64,000 bases of DNA from Amoebidium appalachense (GCA_963693365.1 CAVNZM010000013.1:2195817-2259816); one strand, 5' to 3'. Shown: positions 22,112 to 35,350, counted from the first letter of the stretch. Numbers and translations are program-made. Notes: generated by a model not told the origin, from the letters alone.

Positions 22112-25100
22112 TGGTTCGTTTTTAAACGGGTTTTCTTTGAGGAACGGCCGCAGCCACGACGACGAAGTGACATGTGAAATTTGAACTGCCAGCTACTTTG
22201 CATTCCGATTGGTTAGTCTCTATGTATGGCTTAGCCAATCAGTTCTCTGTACGTAAATGTAAGTGCAATGATTGGTCCTGTTTAAGTGTAGCCATATTTG
22301 GTCTTTACATTCCCCTGTAGCCAATCGGATGTTGTGAGCCATATCCTGCGTGTATATAAACTACTAGCCCGCAGATTCTTAGGCCTCTCAGTCGCTGGCA
22401 CTGCTCCTGAGCAGAATGTGTCCTTAGTCTAGCAAGTTGGCACGGCCTCCTGAGGCCCGTAAACGGTTGTTTTCTCTAGTTAAGTATTTTGTTTTACACC
22501 GTTTATGCTGCCATGGTGTCGTGACTCTTCACGTGCAGCACTGCCCCTCGACACAGCTGTCCGCCTGGCCCCTTGCTGGCTTAAACTGACTTCTTATGCC
22601 AACGTCGTCTTTACCAGCCCCAGCAAGGGGATACATGAGCCGGTGCCTGTGGATCAATCTCACAAGCAGGCACAGGTGTGCTCCACAGGAGCAATGAAAA
22701 GAATGACAAATGTCATACAGAAACATGCTCAAAAAACGTAGCCTAGTGCCTAAATAGGCAAAGGGTGTGGTGGGTGGGCAAAAATTTAGCTAAAAAATTG
22801 GGCCTAAAGAGACCTAAACGCGCTCAGTAGCGCCGCAACTGACCTCCCTGGTAGGAAGGGGCCAGACGTTCTTTGACGCGCAGGTTGACTTTGGCACCGC
22901 TGGAGAGCAGATAACGGCTGGGGGTGGGTTTGGAACGGCCAGAGGAACGACGGCGGCGAGAGGAACGACCGTAGCCACTGCTGCTGGAATCAGAATCCTC
23001 ACTCGACGATGGGGTGTCTTCACTGCCGGTGTCGTACGCATAGACAGGCTCCTTGCCCTTTGCCCGCGCAGACAGCGTGCTCAGCAGGCCGCCGGCAGAG
23101 GGCTTCTTGGGGCGACCAGACTGGGCAACAGAGAGGGCTTGCACTTGGGCAGAAAGCGCCTGCAGCTGCTCTTGGACGTCTACACCGTCAGAACGCCGCT
23201 GGGGAGAGGGCGACCCAGGTGGGGGGGAGGCACGGCCGCTGCGAGGAGTGCGACAGAGCAAGTGCAGCTGGTCGGTGACTTTCCAACCGACCATCTCAGG
23301 GTCATCAAAAGCCACCGAGCGCGCCTTGAGGGCTGAAACCACACTGTTGACGGTTTCTGCCGGCAGGCTGTTCCAGGGGAGGGCGTTGGACTGCAAAACG
23401 GCCAGACTTTTGAGACTTGCGTCGTCCGCATCGGTAGAGATCTCCAAAAGCTTTTCGAGGAGAGCGGCCCCCTTGGCGACCAGAGCAGATGGAGGGGCCA
23501 TTGCAATGCTCACAAACCAGACTAGAGCACGAAAACTTGAAAACGAAGACTGGAAAATGCAAAAACGTGGGAAAACCGACACCGCAAAAAACGCCCGAAA
23601 ACCAGCTAAAACGCAACGGCGCGCACGCAAAACTCTTACCAGATGCTGCCGAAGCTAAGCGCGCGCTCCTGGGCAAAACAATTAGAGAAAAAACGAACAA
23701 GAGCGCGAAAAATGGGGACTAGAGTTGCAAAAACTTAGCTAAAAAATTGGGCCTAAAGAGACCTAAACGCGCTCAGTAGCGCCGCAACTGACCTCCCTGG
23801 GGCCGCGCTCTATAATCGCGAGCTCATTATAGAGCGCGGCCCACATTTTTGCCTATGGAAATATGAAGAAATGATTTAGAACCTATCAAATCCATGAAAT
23901 CTACCAAAATGGAATTTTTGCTGCACATCAACCAATGAAAAATTTTCACAAGTGGCTAAAACCCCTAGATCATAAAGACCAAATCGATTGCCGCCCATTT
24001 CGGACTAGATATAACTCAAACTCATCAATATATCCATATGGCATATCCCACAGAACATAAAAACAGCTACAGCTCCCTAAATAAAAATGCTAGCAGCCTG
24101 AAACTTTGCACACACATCAAACACACCATGGCCTACAGCATTATACTACCACGAAGTTTACAGCACACTCGCAACACACAATTTCACTCCAACGGGGCTA
24201 TCTAATTCTCCTGCAAAGAAAACACGTTTACAAACTTAATATTCTGGCGATGGCCATGTTGGCTTCACAACCCTTGTTCCGCCACTCTGACGCTCTGCCC
24301 TCACGTTTCGGCCCTGGCCTGCATTTTGGCAACCTATTTTCGTTTTGGAACGTCTCCTTAGCCGTCCTCGCCCTCGACTCTTCAGCCCCTGGGCGGCTGT
24401 TTGGTTCTGTACGCGCGGGTTAACACTCAGCATGCGAGCGTTCCAACCAGTTGTCCGCTCTGCCTGTTTATTTGCAAACATTTTTGTTACGGCGCCCTTT
24501 GCATTGCGCCAGCATGGGAGGTGTGGAGAGCACATGTGTTTGTGTGTGCAGCCTAGGTATCTACACACGACCCAGCAAGTAATCTATCCCCTTGCTGGGG
24601 CGAGTTAAGAGTGACGGCACAAGAATGGTTCGTTTTTAAACGGGTATTCTTTGAGGAACGGCCGCAGCCACAACGACGAAGTGACATGTGGAATTCGAAC
24701 TGCCAGCTACTTTGCATTCCAATTGGTTAGTCTCTAGGAATGGGTTAGCCAATCAGTTCTCTGTACGTAAATGTAAGTGCAATGATTGGTCCTGTTTAAG
24801 TGTAGCCATATTTGGTCTTTACATTCCCCTGTAACCAATCGGATGTTGTGAGCCATATCCTGTGTGTATATAAACCGCTAGCGCGCAGATTCGTAGGCCT
24901 CTCAGTCGCTTGCACTGCTCCTGAGCAGAATGTGTCCTTAGTCTAGCAAGTTGGCAGGGCCTCCTGAGGCCCGTAAACGGTTGTTTTCTCTAGCTAAGTA
25001 TTTTGTTTTTCCCGCCCACCCTCCCTTGAGTGGCTGTGGTGATGGCCTGCCATCTAAAATGTGTCTCCTTGGAGAGCACATGTGTTTGTGTGTGCAGCAT

Positions 25101-25169
25101 CTACCTACACACGACACTGCAAGTAATCTATCCCCTTGCTGGGGCGAGTAAAGAGTGACGGCACAAGAA
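22112..25169 (+). mobile_element. Family C copy 2, interrupted by a family A derivative
   Basis: AA-tggttcg start and ggcacaag-AA end. Internal region split at ctgac-TT-ctggcg. Confidence 0.9.
22593..24241 (-). mobile_element. Family A derivative with both true termini (A1-5' gag-partial A2-spacer-B2)
   Basis: Flanked by TT on both sides. Removing it restores the family C sequence. Confidence 0.92.
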
Positions 25170-25216
25170 CTCTGCATTGAGACCGGGCAAGTTTGCACTG
25201 CTGATGAGCTTGAAAA

Positions 25217-28200
25217 TGATTAGTTTGTAAACGCTTTTTCTTTGCAGGGGCATTTCCGCCTTTCCACCACCAGTTTTCCCAGTCTTTGGTGCCCTGTTTG
25301 TGTCGCGCCAGCCACGCCTCCGGCTTAGCCCTGCTGACACCATGTCGTTCCTTCTTGTGCCGTCACTCTTTACTCGCCCCAGCAAGGGGATAGATTACTT
25401 GCAGTGTCGTGTGTAGATGCCTAGGCTGCACACACAAACACATGTGCTCTCCAAGGAGACACATTTTAGATGGCAGGCCATCACCACAGTCACTCAAGGG
25501 AGGGTGGGCGGGAAAAACAAAATACTTAACTAGAGAAAACAACCGTTTACGGGCCTCAGGAGGCCCTGCCAACTTGCTAGACTAAGGACACATTCTGCTC
25601 AGGAGCAGTGCCAGCGACTGAGAGGCCTACGAATCTGCGGGCTAGCGGTTTATATACACGCAGGATATGGCTCACAACATCCGATTGGCTACAGGGGAAT
25701 GTAAAGACCAAATATGGCTACACTTAAACAGGACCAATCATTGCACTTACATTTACGTACAGAGAAGTGATTGGCTAAGCCATACCTAGAGACTAACCAA
25801 TCGGAATGCAAAGTAGCTGGCAGTTCGAATTCCACATGTCACTTCGTCGTCGTGGCTGCGGCCGTTCCTCAAAGAAAACCCGTTTAAAAACGAACCATTC
25901 TTGTGCCGTCACTCTTTACTCGCCCCAGCAAGGGGATAGATTACTTGCAGTGTCGTGTGTAGATGCCTAGGCTGCACACACAAACACATGTGCTCTCCAC
26001 ACCTCCCATGCTGGCGCAATGCAAAGGGCGCCGTAACAAAAATGTTTGCAAATAAACAGGCAGAGCGGACAACTGGTTGGAACGCTCGCATGCTGAGTGT
26101 TAACCCGCGCGTACAGAACCAAACAGCCGCCCAGGGACTGAAGAGTCGAGGGCGAGGACGGCTAAGGAGACGTCCCAAAACGAAAATAGGTTGCCAAAAG
26201 GCAGGCCAGGGCCGAAACGTGTGGGGGGGCAGAGCGTCAGAGTGGCGGAACAAGGTTGTGAAGCCAACATGGCCATCGCCAGAAGTCAGTTTAAGCCAGC
26301 AAGGGGCCAGGCGGACAGCTGTGTCGAGGGGCAGTGCTGCACGTGAAGAGTCGCGACGCCATGGCGGCATAAACGGTGTAAAACAAAATACTTCACTAGA
26401 GAAAACAACCGTTTACGGGCCTCAGGAGGCCCTGCCAACTTGCTAGACTAAGGACACATTCTGCTCAGGAGCAGTGCCAGCGACTGAGAGGCCTACGAAT
26501 CTGCGGGCTAGCGGTTTATATACACGCAGGATATGGCTCACAACATCCGATTGGCTACAGGGGAATGTAAAGACCAAATATGGCTACACTTAAACAGGAC
26601 CAATCATTGCACTTACATTTACGTACAGAGAAGTGATTGGCTAAGCCATACTTAGAGACTAACCAATCGGAATGCAAAGTAGCTGGCAGTTCGAATTCCA
26701 CATGTCACTTCGTCGTCGTGGCTGCGGCCGTTCCTCAAAGAAAACCCGTTTAAAAACGAACCATTCTCTGGCCGCGGTGCCTTGGTTTGGTGGCGCTGTT
26801 TCGTCCTCCTCCCGCGAGTCGCTCCCCTCATTTTGTTTTGGCCCTGGCCCCCCGCAGGCCACGGGCCTTCCAGCTTAGGTAGCCTGGTTGAGGCCTACTC
26901 TCAGGTTTTCTTTCTGTTTGCGGTGCTTCCGCCCGGCCCTTTCATTCTCGTTAATAATGGCCCCGGTAATTTCAATGGAAGCTCATCCTATGCCCCGTCA
27001 GCCCTTTGCCGCCTCTAATCCTTTCCCCATCCCAACCATTCCTGTCCCTACTCGTCGTGACCCTGCAGCCGCTCCCCTTCGCAGCCAGCGCCGCCGGCAG
27101 CGTTTGTCTCGCCGTGTGTCTGCTGTCATGCTGGCCAACCGCTGTATTTGCTCCCTCAACGAGTTGCGGGCAGGTGGCCCTTTCCATTTTCTGTCTCGGT
27201 CGGTGAACATACAGACACCACCAAGCCTTCTGGACCATTGTCCTGAGGGCAAGCCACGACGCTATACGCGGCGCGGGTGTCTATGATGCTCAGCCAGCGA
27301 GTAGCCTTTTGGCCGCGCTCCGCTCGCCGTACCCTGTCCTTACAGGTAGTTTGCCCCTTACAGCTGCCTATGCCGCTCTTCCACCCCCTGGGGTAGGGGC
27401 CACGGTCGACGTGTTGCAGTACGTGTCTCCTGTGCTGCATCCGTTTTGTCTTCGCCCGCTGGTGGTCTTCTCAAGCCTTCCCCACCCTCGTTGGCTGCGG
27501 AGCTCCGCCGCATTCGTCCGGCACATTCTGTTCCCGATGGGGAATTAGGGCCTTTGCTTCAGCGCCTGCAGGAGTGTGGCATGGTGCACTACTTCGCGGC
27601 CACGGACAAGCCTGTGGCCATCAACGGGCTTTTTGCTTTTCCCAAAGACATGCGTGCTCGTGTGATTTTCGACGGCCGTCGCGGCAAAATTTGTTATTCG
27701 CTCGCAACCACCCTGCGCTTCAAGTGCATCTCCCCAACCCTGCAGATTTCGCTGATCTCCTGCTGGGCCCCGACGAGTGTCTTTTCTTTGACAAGTCCGA
27801 CATGGACAACCAGTTCCACCGCCTGCGCGCGCCGCCATGGCTTTGGAAATATTTTGGTCTCCCTCCGGTACTATCCACCGCCGTCGGCCTGCCTGGCCCT
27901 CCCCGGCTTGTGTATCCTGCCCTTAAAACCGTTCCCATGGGCTGGGTGCACTCTGTTCTCGTCGCGCAAGATGTCCACAATCAGCTAGCGGACGCCGCTG
28001 GCATGCCCCGTATTGAGCGCCTTTGCCCTATTGTTCCCTGAGAAATTGGTTCCTCTCTGCATGTGTTGTATGTGGATGATTGTGGGTGGCTTGGTACTAA
28101 CCCCCGTGCCTCCGGGACCCAGCAGCAAGATTATCATCGCGTCACCGGTCCGGCGGGTTTGCCTGCCAACCCACCAAAGATGTTGTTGCCGGTTCCTCCA

Positions 28201-29209
28201 AGGCCATGGGCTTTGGAAATGCTCCACTATGGATTGGTGCGCCCGGCCCCGGCTTCTCTAGCCCGCCTTCTGGTGGAGACTCGTGCTGTGCTCCGTCGTA
28301 GCACCGTCAGCAAGCTTCAACTGCAGCAGCTACTTGGCCGGTGGGTGTGGGTTTTGTTGTTGCAGCGGTCAGCCCTCTCCGTTCTTGATGCCGCCTACCA
28401 GCTGAGTGCCCGTCTTGGTCCCAGGGCGCTCCCCATTCCGCCTGCGGTCGCTTGGGAGCTCGACACTCTATGTGCCCTCGTCCCTCTTGTGCGCTGCGAC
28501 CTGCACTCAGCCTTTGCACCCACCATGCTCTGCTCGGACGCCTCCAAGGTGGGGTGGTGCTGTGGTTTCCCGTGTGTTGCCGTCTGGTCTTCTCCAGGAT
28601 ATCCTGCCCTTCTGCAACCGTCGTGGCAACTACACCACCCTGGCTTCCACACCAGACACCCAGCCCTGTTTCTCTGCCCCCCCTGCTTCTGTTTTGGCTG
28701 GCCTTAATGCGGGCCCGTTAGAGCACCACCATCAGCCGCCGTTGGCGTCTGATCATCTTCTCCAGGATGTCCTGCCCTTCTGCAACCGTCGTGGTCACTG
28801 CAATTTCTGCAACCTTCTACACCACCCTGGCTTCCACACCAGACACCCAGTCCTGTGTCCCTGCCCCCCCCGCCTCTGTTTTGGCTGCCCTTAATGCGGG
28901 CCGGGACGGTGGAGCACCACCATCAGCCACCGTTGGCGCTACGACCACCACATCAACATTCTGAAAGGAGTCTGCTGCTTGGCTTGCGCCGCTTGGGTCG
29001 TTCCTGCTCAGCCCGCAGCCGCCGCTACTTGTGAGGTCTGGACTCTACTGCACTCCCGGTTGCTGTAGCCAAGGGCGCTCGGCCTCCCACCGCCTGAATC
29101 GTGTCTGCCGCCAAGTGGCTGCTTATTCGCTGGCCCTGATATCCGTCTCTATTGGCTCTGGCTTCCTTCCGCCAGCAACCCTGCCGATGGTCCGTCCCGC
29201 GTATTTTGA
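25217..29209 (+). mobile_element. Family B YR-like retroelement, degenerate (pol pseudogene 26957-29209), interrupted by family C copy 3
   Basis: 5' end AA-tgattagtttgtaaacgctttttctttgcagg resembles the family A terminus. pol MAPVISMEAHPMPRQPFAAS... is homologous to family A pol but has many frameshifts and an internal duplication at ~28586-28935. Confidence 0.85.
25354..26763 (-). mobile_element. Family C copy 3
   Basis: Reverse complement of 20297-21706. TT(CT) on both flanks. Confidence 0.92.
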
Positions 29210-29262
29210 GTTGAATTTTGATATTGTAGTTTTGTGGGCATTTTAATTTTGCACCTTTAATG

Positions 29263-29282
29263 TACACACACACACACACCCA

Positions 29283-29330
<48 letters not shown>

Positions 29331-29346
29331 CACCTAAACCTCCACA

Positions 29347-29389
<43 letters not shown>

Positions 29390-29405
29390 ACCTACACCTA
29401 CACCT

Positions 29406-29458
<53 letters not shown>

Positions 29459-29487
29459 AACCACCCACACATCATACACAAACACAC

Positions 29488-29533
<46 letters not shown>

Positions 29534-29573
29534 ACACACGCACACACACAGACACACACACACACACACACAC
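29263..29573. repeat. (CA)n microsatellite
   Basis: Seen directly in the sequence. Confidence 0.95.
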
Positions 29574-29907
29574 GTGTGCGCGTCTAGTAGCTTCGAATTT
29601 TGGGTATGTTTAGAATTTAAATTGTAAACTTGTTTTCTTTGCAGCAGAATTAGATAGGTCCGTTGGAGTGAAATTGTATGTTGCGAGTGTGCTGTAAAAT
29701 GCGTAATAGTAACATGTTGTAGGCCTTTGTGTTTGGTGTGTGTGCAAAGTTTCAGGCTGCTAGCATTTTAATTTAGGGAGCTGTAGTTGTTTTTATGTTC
29801 TGTGGGATATGCCATATGGATATATTGATGAGTGTGAGATATATCTAGTCCGAAATGGGCGGCAATTGATTTGGTCTTTGTGATCTAGGGGTTTTAGCCA
29901 CTTGTGA

Positions 29908-30286
29908 TGGTTCGTTTTTAAACGGGTTTTCTTTGAGGAACGGCCGCAGCCACGACGACGAAGTGACATGTGGAATTCGAACTGCCAGCTACTTTGCATT
30001 CCGATTGGTTAGTCTCTAGGTATGGCTTAGCCAATCAGTTCTCTTGTACGTAAATGTAAGTGCAATGATTGGTCCTGTTTAAGTGTAGCCATACATGGTC
30101 TTTACATTCCCCTGTAGCCAATCGGATGTTGTGAGCCATATCCTGCGTGTATATAAACCGCTAGCCCGCAGATTCGTAGGCCTCTCAGTCGCTGGCACTG
30201 CTCCTGAGCAGAATGTGTCCTTAGTCTAGCAAGTTGGTGCCTCCTGAGGCCCGTAAACGGTTGTTTTCTCTAGTTAAGTATTTTGT
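29908..30286 (+). mobile_element. Solo family C 'a' repeat inside A1
   Basis: tggttcg...tattttgt is inserted in cttgtga|aaaa...tttcattgg. Confidence 0.88.
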
Positions 30287-33200
30287 AAAAAAATTTCATT
30301 GGCAAAAATTCCATTTTGGTAGATTTCATGGATTTGATAGGTTTTAAGTCCTTTCTTCATATTTCCATAGGCAAAAATGTGGGCCGCGCTATATAATGAG
30401 GTTGGGCGGCCCCAGGGAGGTCAGTTGCGGCGCTACTAAGCGCGTTTAGGTCTCTTTAGGCCCACTTTTTTAGCTACGTTTTTGCAACTCTAGTCCCTGT
30501 TTTTCGCGCTGTTGTTCGTTTTTGCACTAGTTTGTTTTGCCCAGAAGCGCGCGCTTAGCTTCGGCAGCATCTGGTAAGAGTTTTGCGGGCGCGCTATTGC
30601 GTTTTCGCTGGTTTTCGGACGTTTTTTGCGGTGTCGTTTTTTCCGCATTTTTGCATTTTCCAGTCTTCGTTTTCAAGTTTTCGTGCTCTAGTCTGGTTTG
30701 TTAGCATTGCAACGGCCCCTTTTCCTGCTCTGGTCGCCAAGGGGCCCGCTCTCCTCGAAAAGCTTTTGGACATCTCTACCGATGTGGACGACGCAAGTCT
30801 CAAAAGTCTCGCCGTTTTGCAGTCCAACGCCCTCCCCTGGAACAGCCTGCCAGCAGAAACCGTCAACAGTGTGGTTTCAGCCCACAAGGCGCGCTCGGTG
30901 GCTTTTGATGACCCTGAGATGGTCGGTTGGAAAGTCACCGACCAGCTGCACTTGCTCTGTCGCACTCCTCGCAGCGGCCGTGCCTCCCCCCCACCTGGGT
31001 CGCCCTCTCCCCAGCGGCGTTCTGACGGTGTAGACGTCCAAGAGCAGCTGCAGGCGCTCTCTGCCCAAGTGCAAGCCCTCTCTGTTGCCCAGTCTGGTCG
31101 CCCCAAGAAGCCCTCTGCCGGGGCCTACTGAGCATGCTGTCTGCGCGGGCAAAGGGCAAGGAGCCTGTCTATGTGTACGACACTGGCAGTGAAGACACCC
31201 CATCGTCGAGTGAGGATTTTTCTTCCAGCAGCAGTGGCTACGGTCGTTCCTCTTGCAGCCGTCGTTCCTCTGGCTGTTCAAACCAACCCCAGCCGTTATC
31301 TGCTCTCCAGCCGCGCCAAAGTCAACCTGCGCGTCAAAGAACGTCTGGCCCCTTCCTACCTCAAGAGCACCTTGGCTGACCAGGCCTTGGTCACTGCGGC
31401 TGCCCACGCGGCGGATTGGGTCAGCTACCGCAACAAACGGAAGGCTCTGACGCTTGCCCGTATGCTGGATCTGCTGCTGGCTGCCGACCCTAAGGGCTGG
31501 CCCGCAAGGAGTCACCTGCTGTGGAAGTTGGTGTGCGCCGTGTGCTGGCTGTGCAGACTGCTGATCAGTCCAACAGGGACTGGGCTGTTGCAGAGCAGTT
31601 TGAGGAGCTCCCTGCGCGCAGCCTGCCCCTGCCCCCTGCCTTGGCCACCCGGGCTGTTTGTCAAGCCAAGACCCTCGCCGAAGTCACCTGGGCTCGGCGC
31701 AGGCCCGGCAGTGGCCCATCCGGTGCCGGTCGTTCGACCCCTCCGGGGGCCGGTGGCCACAGGGCCTAAACGGCCCTTTGGGGGTTCGGCACGCGGTTCT
31801 GTATAAACTTTTCTTGTGGTTTCCTGCCACATGCCCTTGATTAAATATGCCCCCTAATTTTTCTAAGGATTCCACAGCTATGCCACGTCATGTCTTTGCC
31901 GTCTCTGATTTGTTTCCTGTTCCGGCCATTCCTGTGCCGGACCGTTCTGGACAAGACCGTCTATGGAGTCAACGCCGTCGGCAACGTCTGTCTCACCGCC
32001 TGAAGGGGGTTACCTTGGCTAACCGTTGTCTTGGTGCCCTCAACGAGCTGTGGGCAGGCGACCCTTGCCCATTCCCGACCCGGTTGGTGAACAGTCACCA
32101 CCATGCCCTGTGGACCTTTGTCCTTAGGGCCAGCTACGATGCTATACGCGCGGGTGTCTTCGACGCTCAGCCTGCGAGTAGTGTCTTGGCTGCGTTCCCT
32201 GCGGCCTACCCTGTATTCACAGGATGGCTACCTCTCGCGGCTGCAAATGCCGCTTTGCCATCCCCTGGGGTTGGAGCCACAGTGGAAATGTAGCAGTTTT
32301 TGTCTCCTACACTGCAGCCGTTTTTGGCCAACTGCGACGGCGGCCTTCTCAAGCCTGTTCCGCCGACACCTGCAGAGCTGCGCTGCATCCGACCGGCGCA
32401 TCACGTTCCCAGTGGGGAATACGGTCCCCTGCTACTTCGCCTTCAAGACTGCGGCATGGTGCACTATTTCGAGGCGAAGGAAAAACCACTGGCCATCAAT
32501 GGGCTGTTTGGGGTCCCCAAAGACACCAGAGCCCGCGTCATTTTTGACGGCCGCCGTGGCAACCTGTTCTTTGCCCGTGATCATCCTGCCCTCAAGGTGC
32601 ACCTGCCCAACCCTGCCGATTTTGCCAATCTGTTGCTGGGACCTGAGAATTGCCTCTATTTTGGCAAGTCGGACATGGACAACCAGTTCCATCGTCTTCT
32701 TGCCCCCGAGTGGCTGAGGCGGTACTTCGGATTGCCGCCTGTGTCTTCGAGGCTGTTGGCCTTTCTGGGCCCGACCGGCTTGTGTACCCGGCCCTCAAGA
32801 CCCAGCCCATGGGCTGGGTGCATTCTGTGCTTGTGGCTCAAGACGTCCATGGGCAGTTGGCTGACCGAGGCGGCATGCCCCGCATTGAGCACCTCTGGGC
32901 AATAGTGCCGCGGCCTGTGGAGGCCACGCAGCATGCCCTGTATGTGGACGACTGTGGCTGGGTCGGCACAGATGCCACCGCCATCAATCGTCAGCGTGAA
33001 TCGTATCATGGCGTAACCGGCACGGCTGGTCTTCCCCCAGGCCATGTTGCGTCATGGTGTCGTCATACAGCTCCGTTTGCAGCGGTTGCTTGGTGGTTGG
33101 GTGTGGGCGGCATTGCTGCAGCGGCCGCTTTTGTCGGTTCTGAGTGCCGTCTACAGTTTTGTGGAGCAGCTAGGGGAACATCCCCTTCCACCGCCCGTTG

Positions 33201-34661
33201 TGTGGGAGCTTCAGGCTATGTGTGCTTTGGCCCCGTTGATGCGTTGTGATTTGCGTTCTGGGTTTGCTAGCACCATGTTCTGCACTGAGACTTCCTTGTT
33301 GGGTGGTGCAGTGGTGTCTCAGGTGCTTCCAGCAGCGCTTCTCCGCCAAGTGCTGCCTCACTGCAACCGGCGTGGCCACTACAGCCAGCTGTCTGGTCCC
33401 GTGCACGAGCCAAGCCCGTCCGCCCCCCCGACACCTATCCTGGCAGCTGTTGGTGTCAGTCATCGTTGGCGCCACTCCGACCACATCTACATTCTGGAGG
33501 GAGAAGCCTTGCTCCTGGGGCTTCGTCCATTAGGTCGGTCTACGGCTGCCCGGGGCTCCCGCTACCTTTGGGGCCTTGATTCGACAGCGCTGCTTGGGGT
33601 TGCAGAACGCCTTAACCGTGTATGCCGCCCAACGGAGCCTGCAGGGCTGGAACCGGCTTGTTCCAGCAAAGACCACGCCCCCGCTTCCGTTTTCATTGGT
33701 CCTCGTCATTGGCCATCATTTGTATTCCAATATTGGCCCCTTGTTTGGTATTGCTGTTTTGCTCGGATTTGAGTGTTTTGTTCGTGTCAGTGAGCTGCTT
33801 ATGCTCACCCGTGCGGATCTTATTTTGCCCGACAACCCCGTTCCCCACGACATGCCACCCGGTACAGGCGGCATCCGCCTGGCCGACACCAAGACCGGTC
33901 CAAATCAGTTTGTCCCCATCACCGATCCGTCCCTGTTGGCCATCCTGTCTTTCTGGTTCCGTGGTGCCCCCCCCTTCTGCGCGGCTGTTTCCTTTCTCGT
34001 ATGATGTTCTGCGTGCCAAGTTCCAAGCGGCATGTGACTCCCTCGGCCTCAACGAGTATGGGTTCCATCTTCACAGTCTTCGCCATGGTGGTGCCTCGAG
34101 AGACTACGTCAGGGGTGTTTCGGTAGAGACGATTGCTCTGCGTGGTCGGTGGAGATCGCATGCCTCCCTCCGCCGGTATGTGCAGGCCGGCCAGTCTCTT
34201 GTTCTTTCTATTCTGGTACCTACGTCGCTCCTTGCTTGGGCTGCAGCGCTGCGTCAGTCACCCACGGCATGGTTCGTTCCTTCCCGTGCCAGATAGGGAG
34301 TGGTGGAGCACACCTGTGCCTGCTTGTGAGATTGATCCACAGGCACCGGCTCATGTATCCCCTTGCTGGGGCTGGCAAAGACGACGTTGGCATAAGAATA
34401 TTAGTTTGTAAACGTGTTTTCTTTGCAGGAGAATTTTAGATAGCCCCGTTGGAGTGAAAGTGTGTGTTGCGAGTGTGCTGTAAACTTCGTAGTACTAGCA
34501 TGTTGTAGGCCTTGGTGTGTTTGATGTGTGTGCAAAGTTTCAGGCTGCTAGCATTTTTTTTTAGGGATTTGTAGCTGCTTTTATCTTCTGTGGGATATGC
34601 CATCTGGATATATTGATGAGTTTGAGTTATATCTAGTCCGAAATGGGCGGTAATTGATTTT

Positions 34662-35350
34662 CTTATGCCCACGTCGTCTTTACCAGCCCCAGCAAGGGGA
34701 TACATGAGCCGGTGCCTGTGGATCAATCTCACAAGCAGGCACAGGTGTGCTCCACAGGAGCAATGAAAAGAATGACAAATGTCATACAGAAACATGCTCA
34801 AAAAACGTAGCTTAGTGCCTAAATAGGCAAAGGGTGTGGTGGGGGGGCAAAAACTTAGCTAAACAATTGGGCCTAAAGAGACCTAAACGCGCTCAGTAAC
34901 GACGCAACTGACCTCCCTGGGGCCGCGCAAGCTCATTATATAGCGCGGCCCACATTGTTGCCTATGGAAATATGAAGAAATGACTTAGAACCTATCAAAT
35001 CCACGAAATCTACCAAAATGGAATTTTTGCTGCACATCAACAAATGAAAATATTTCACAAGTGGCTAAAACCCCTAGATCACAAAGACCAAATCGATTGC
35101 CGCCCATTTCGGACTACATATAACTCAAACTCATCAATATATCCATATGGCATATCCCACAGAACATAAAAACAGCTACAGCTCCCTAAATAAAAATGCT
35201 AGCAGCCTGAAACTTTGCACACACATCAAACACACCATGGCCTACAACATTATACTACCACGAAGTTTACAGCACACTCGCAACACACAATTTCACTCTA
35301 ACGGGGCTATCTAATTCTCCTGCAAAGAAAACACGTTTACAAACTTAATA
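34662..35350 (-). mobile_element. Family A ORF-less A-spacer-B mini unit (689 bp), inserted in opposite orientation in A2
   Basis: Host A2 sequence aattgattt|ggtctttgtga resumes after it. Confidence 0.92.

Noticed and set aside
25201-25216. ctgatgagcttgaaa resembles a hammerhead ribozyme core
   Set aside because: No credible stems I, II or III can be drawn, and the AA marks the family B junction.
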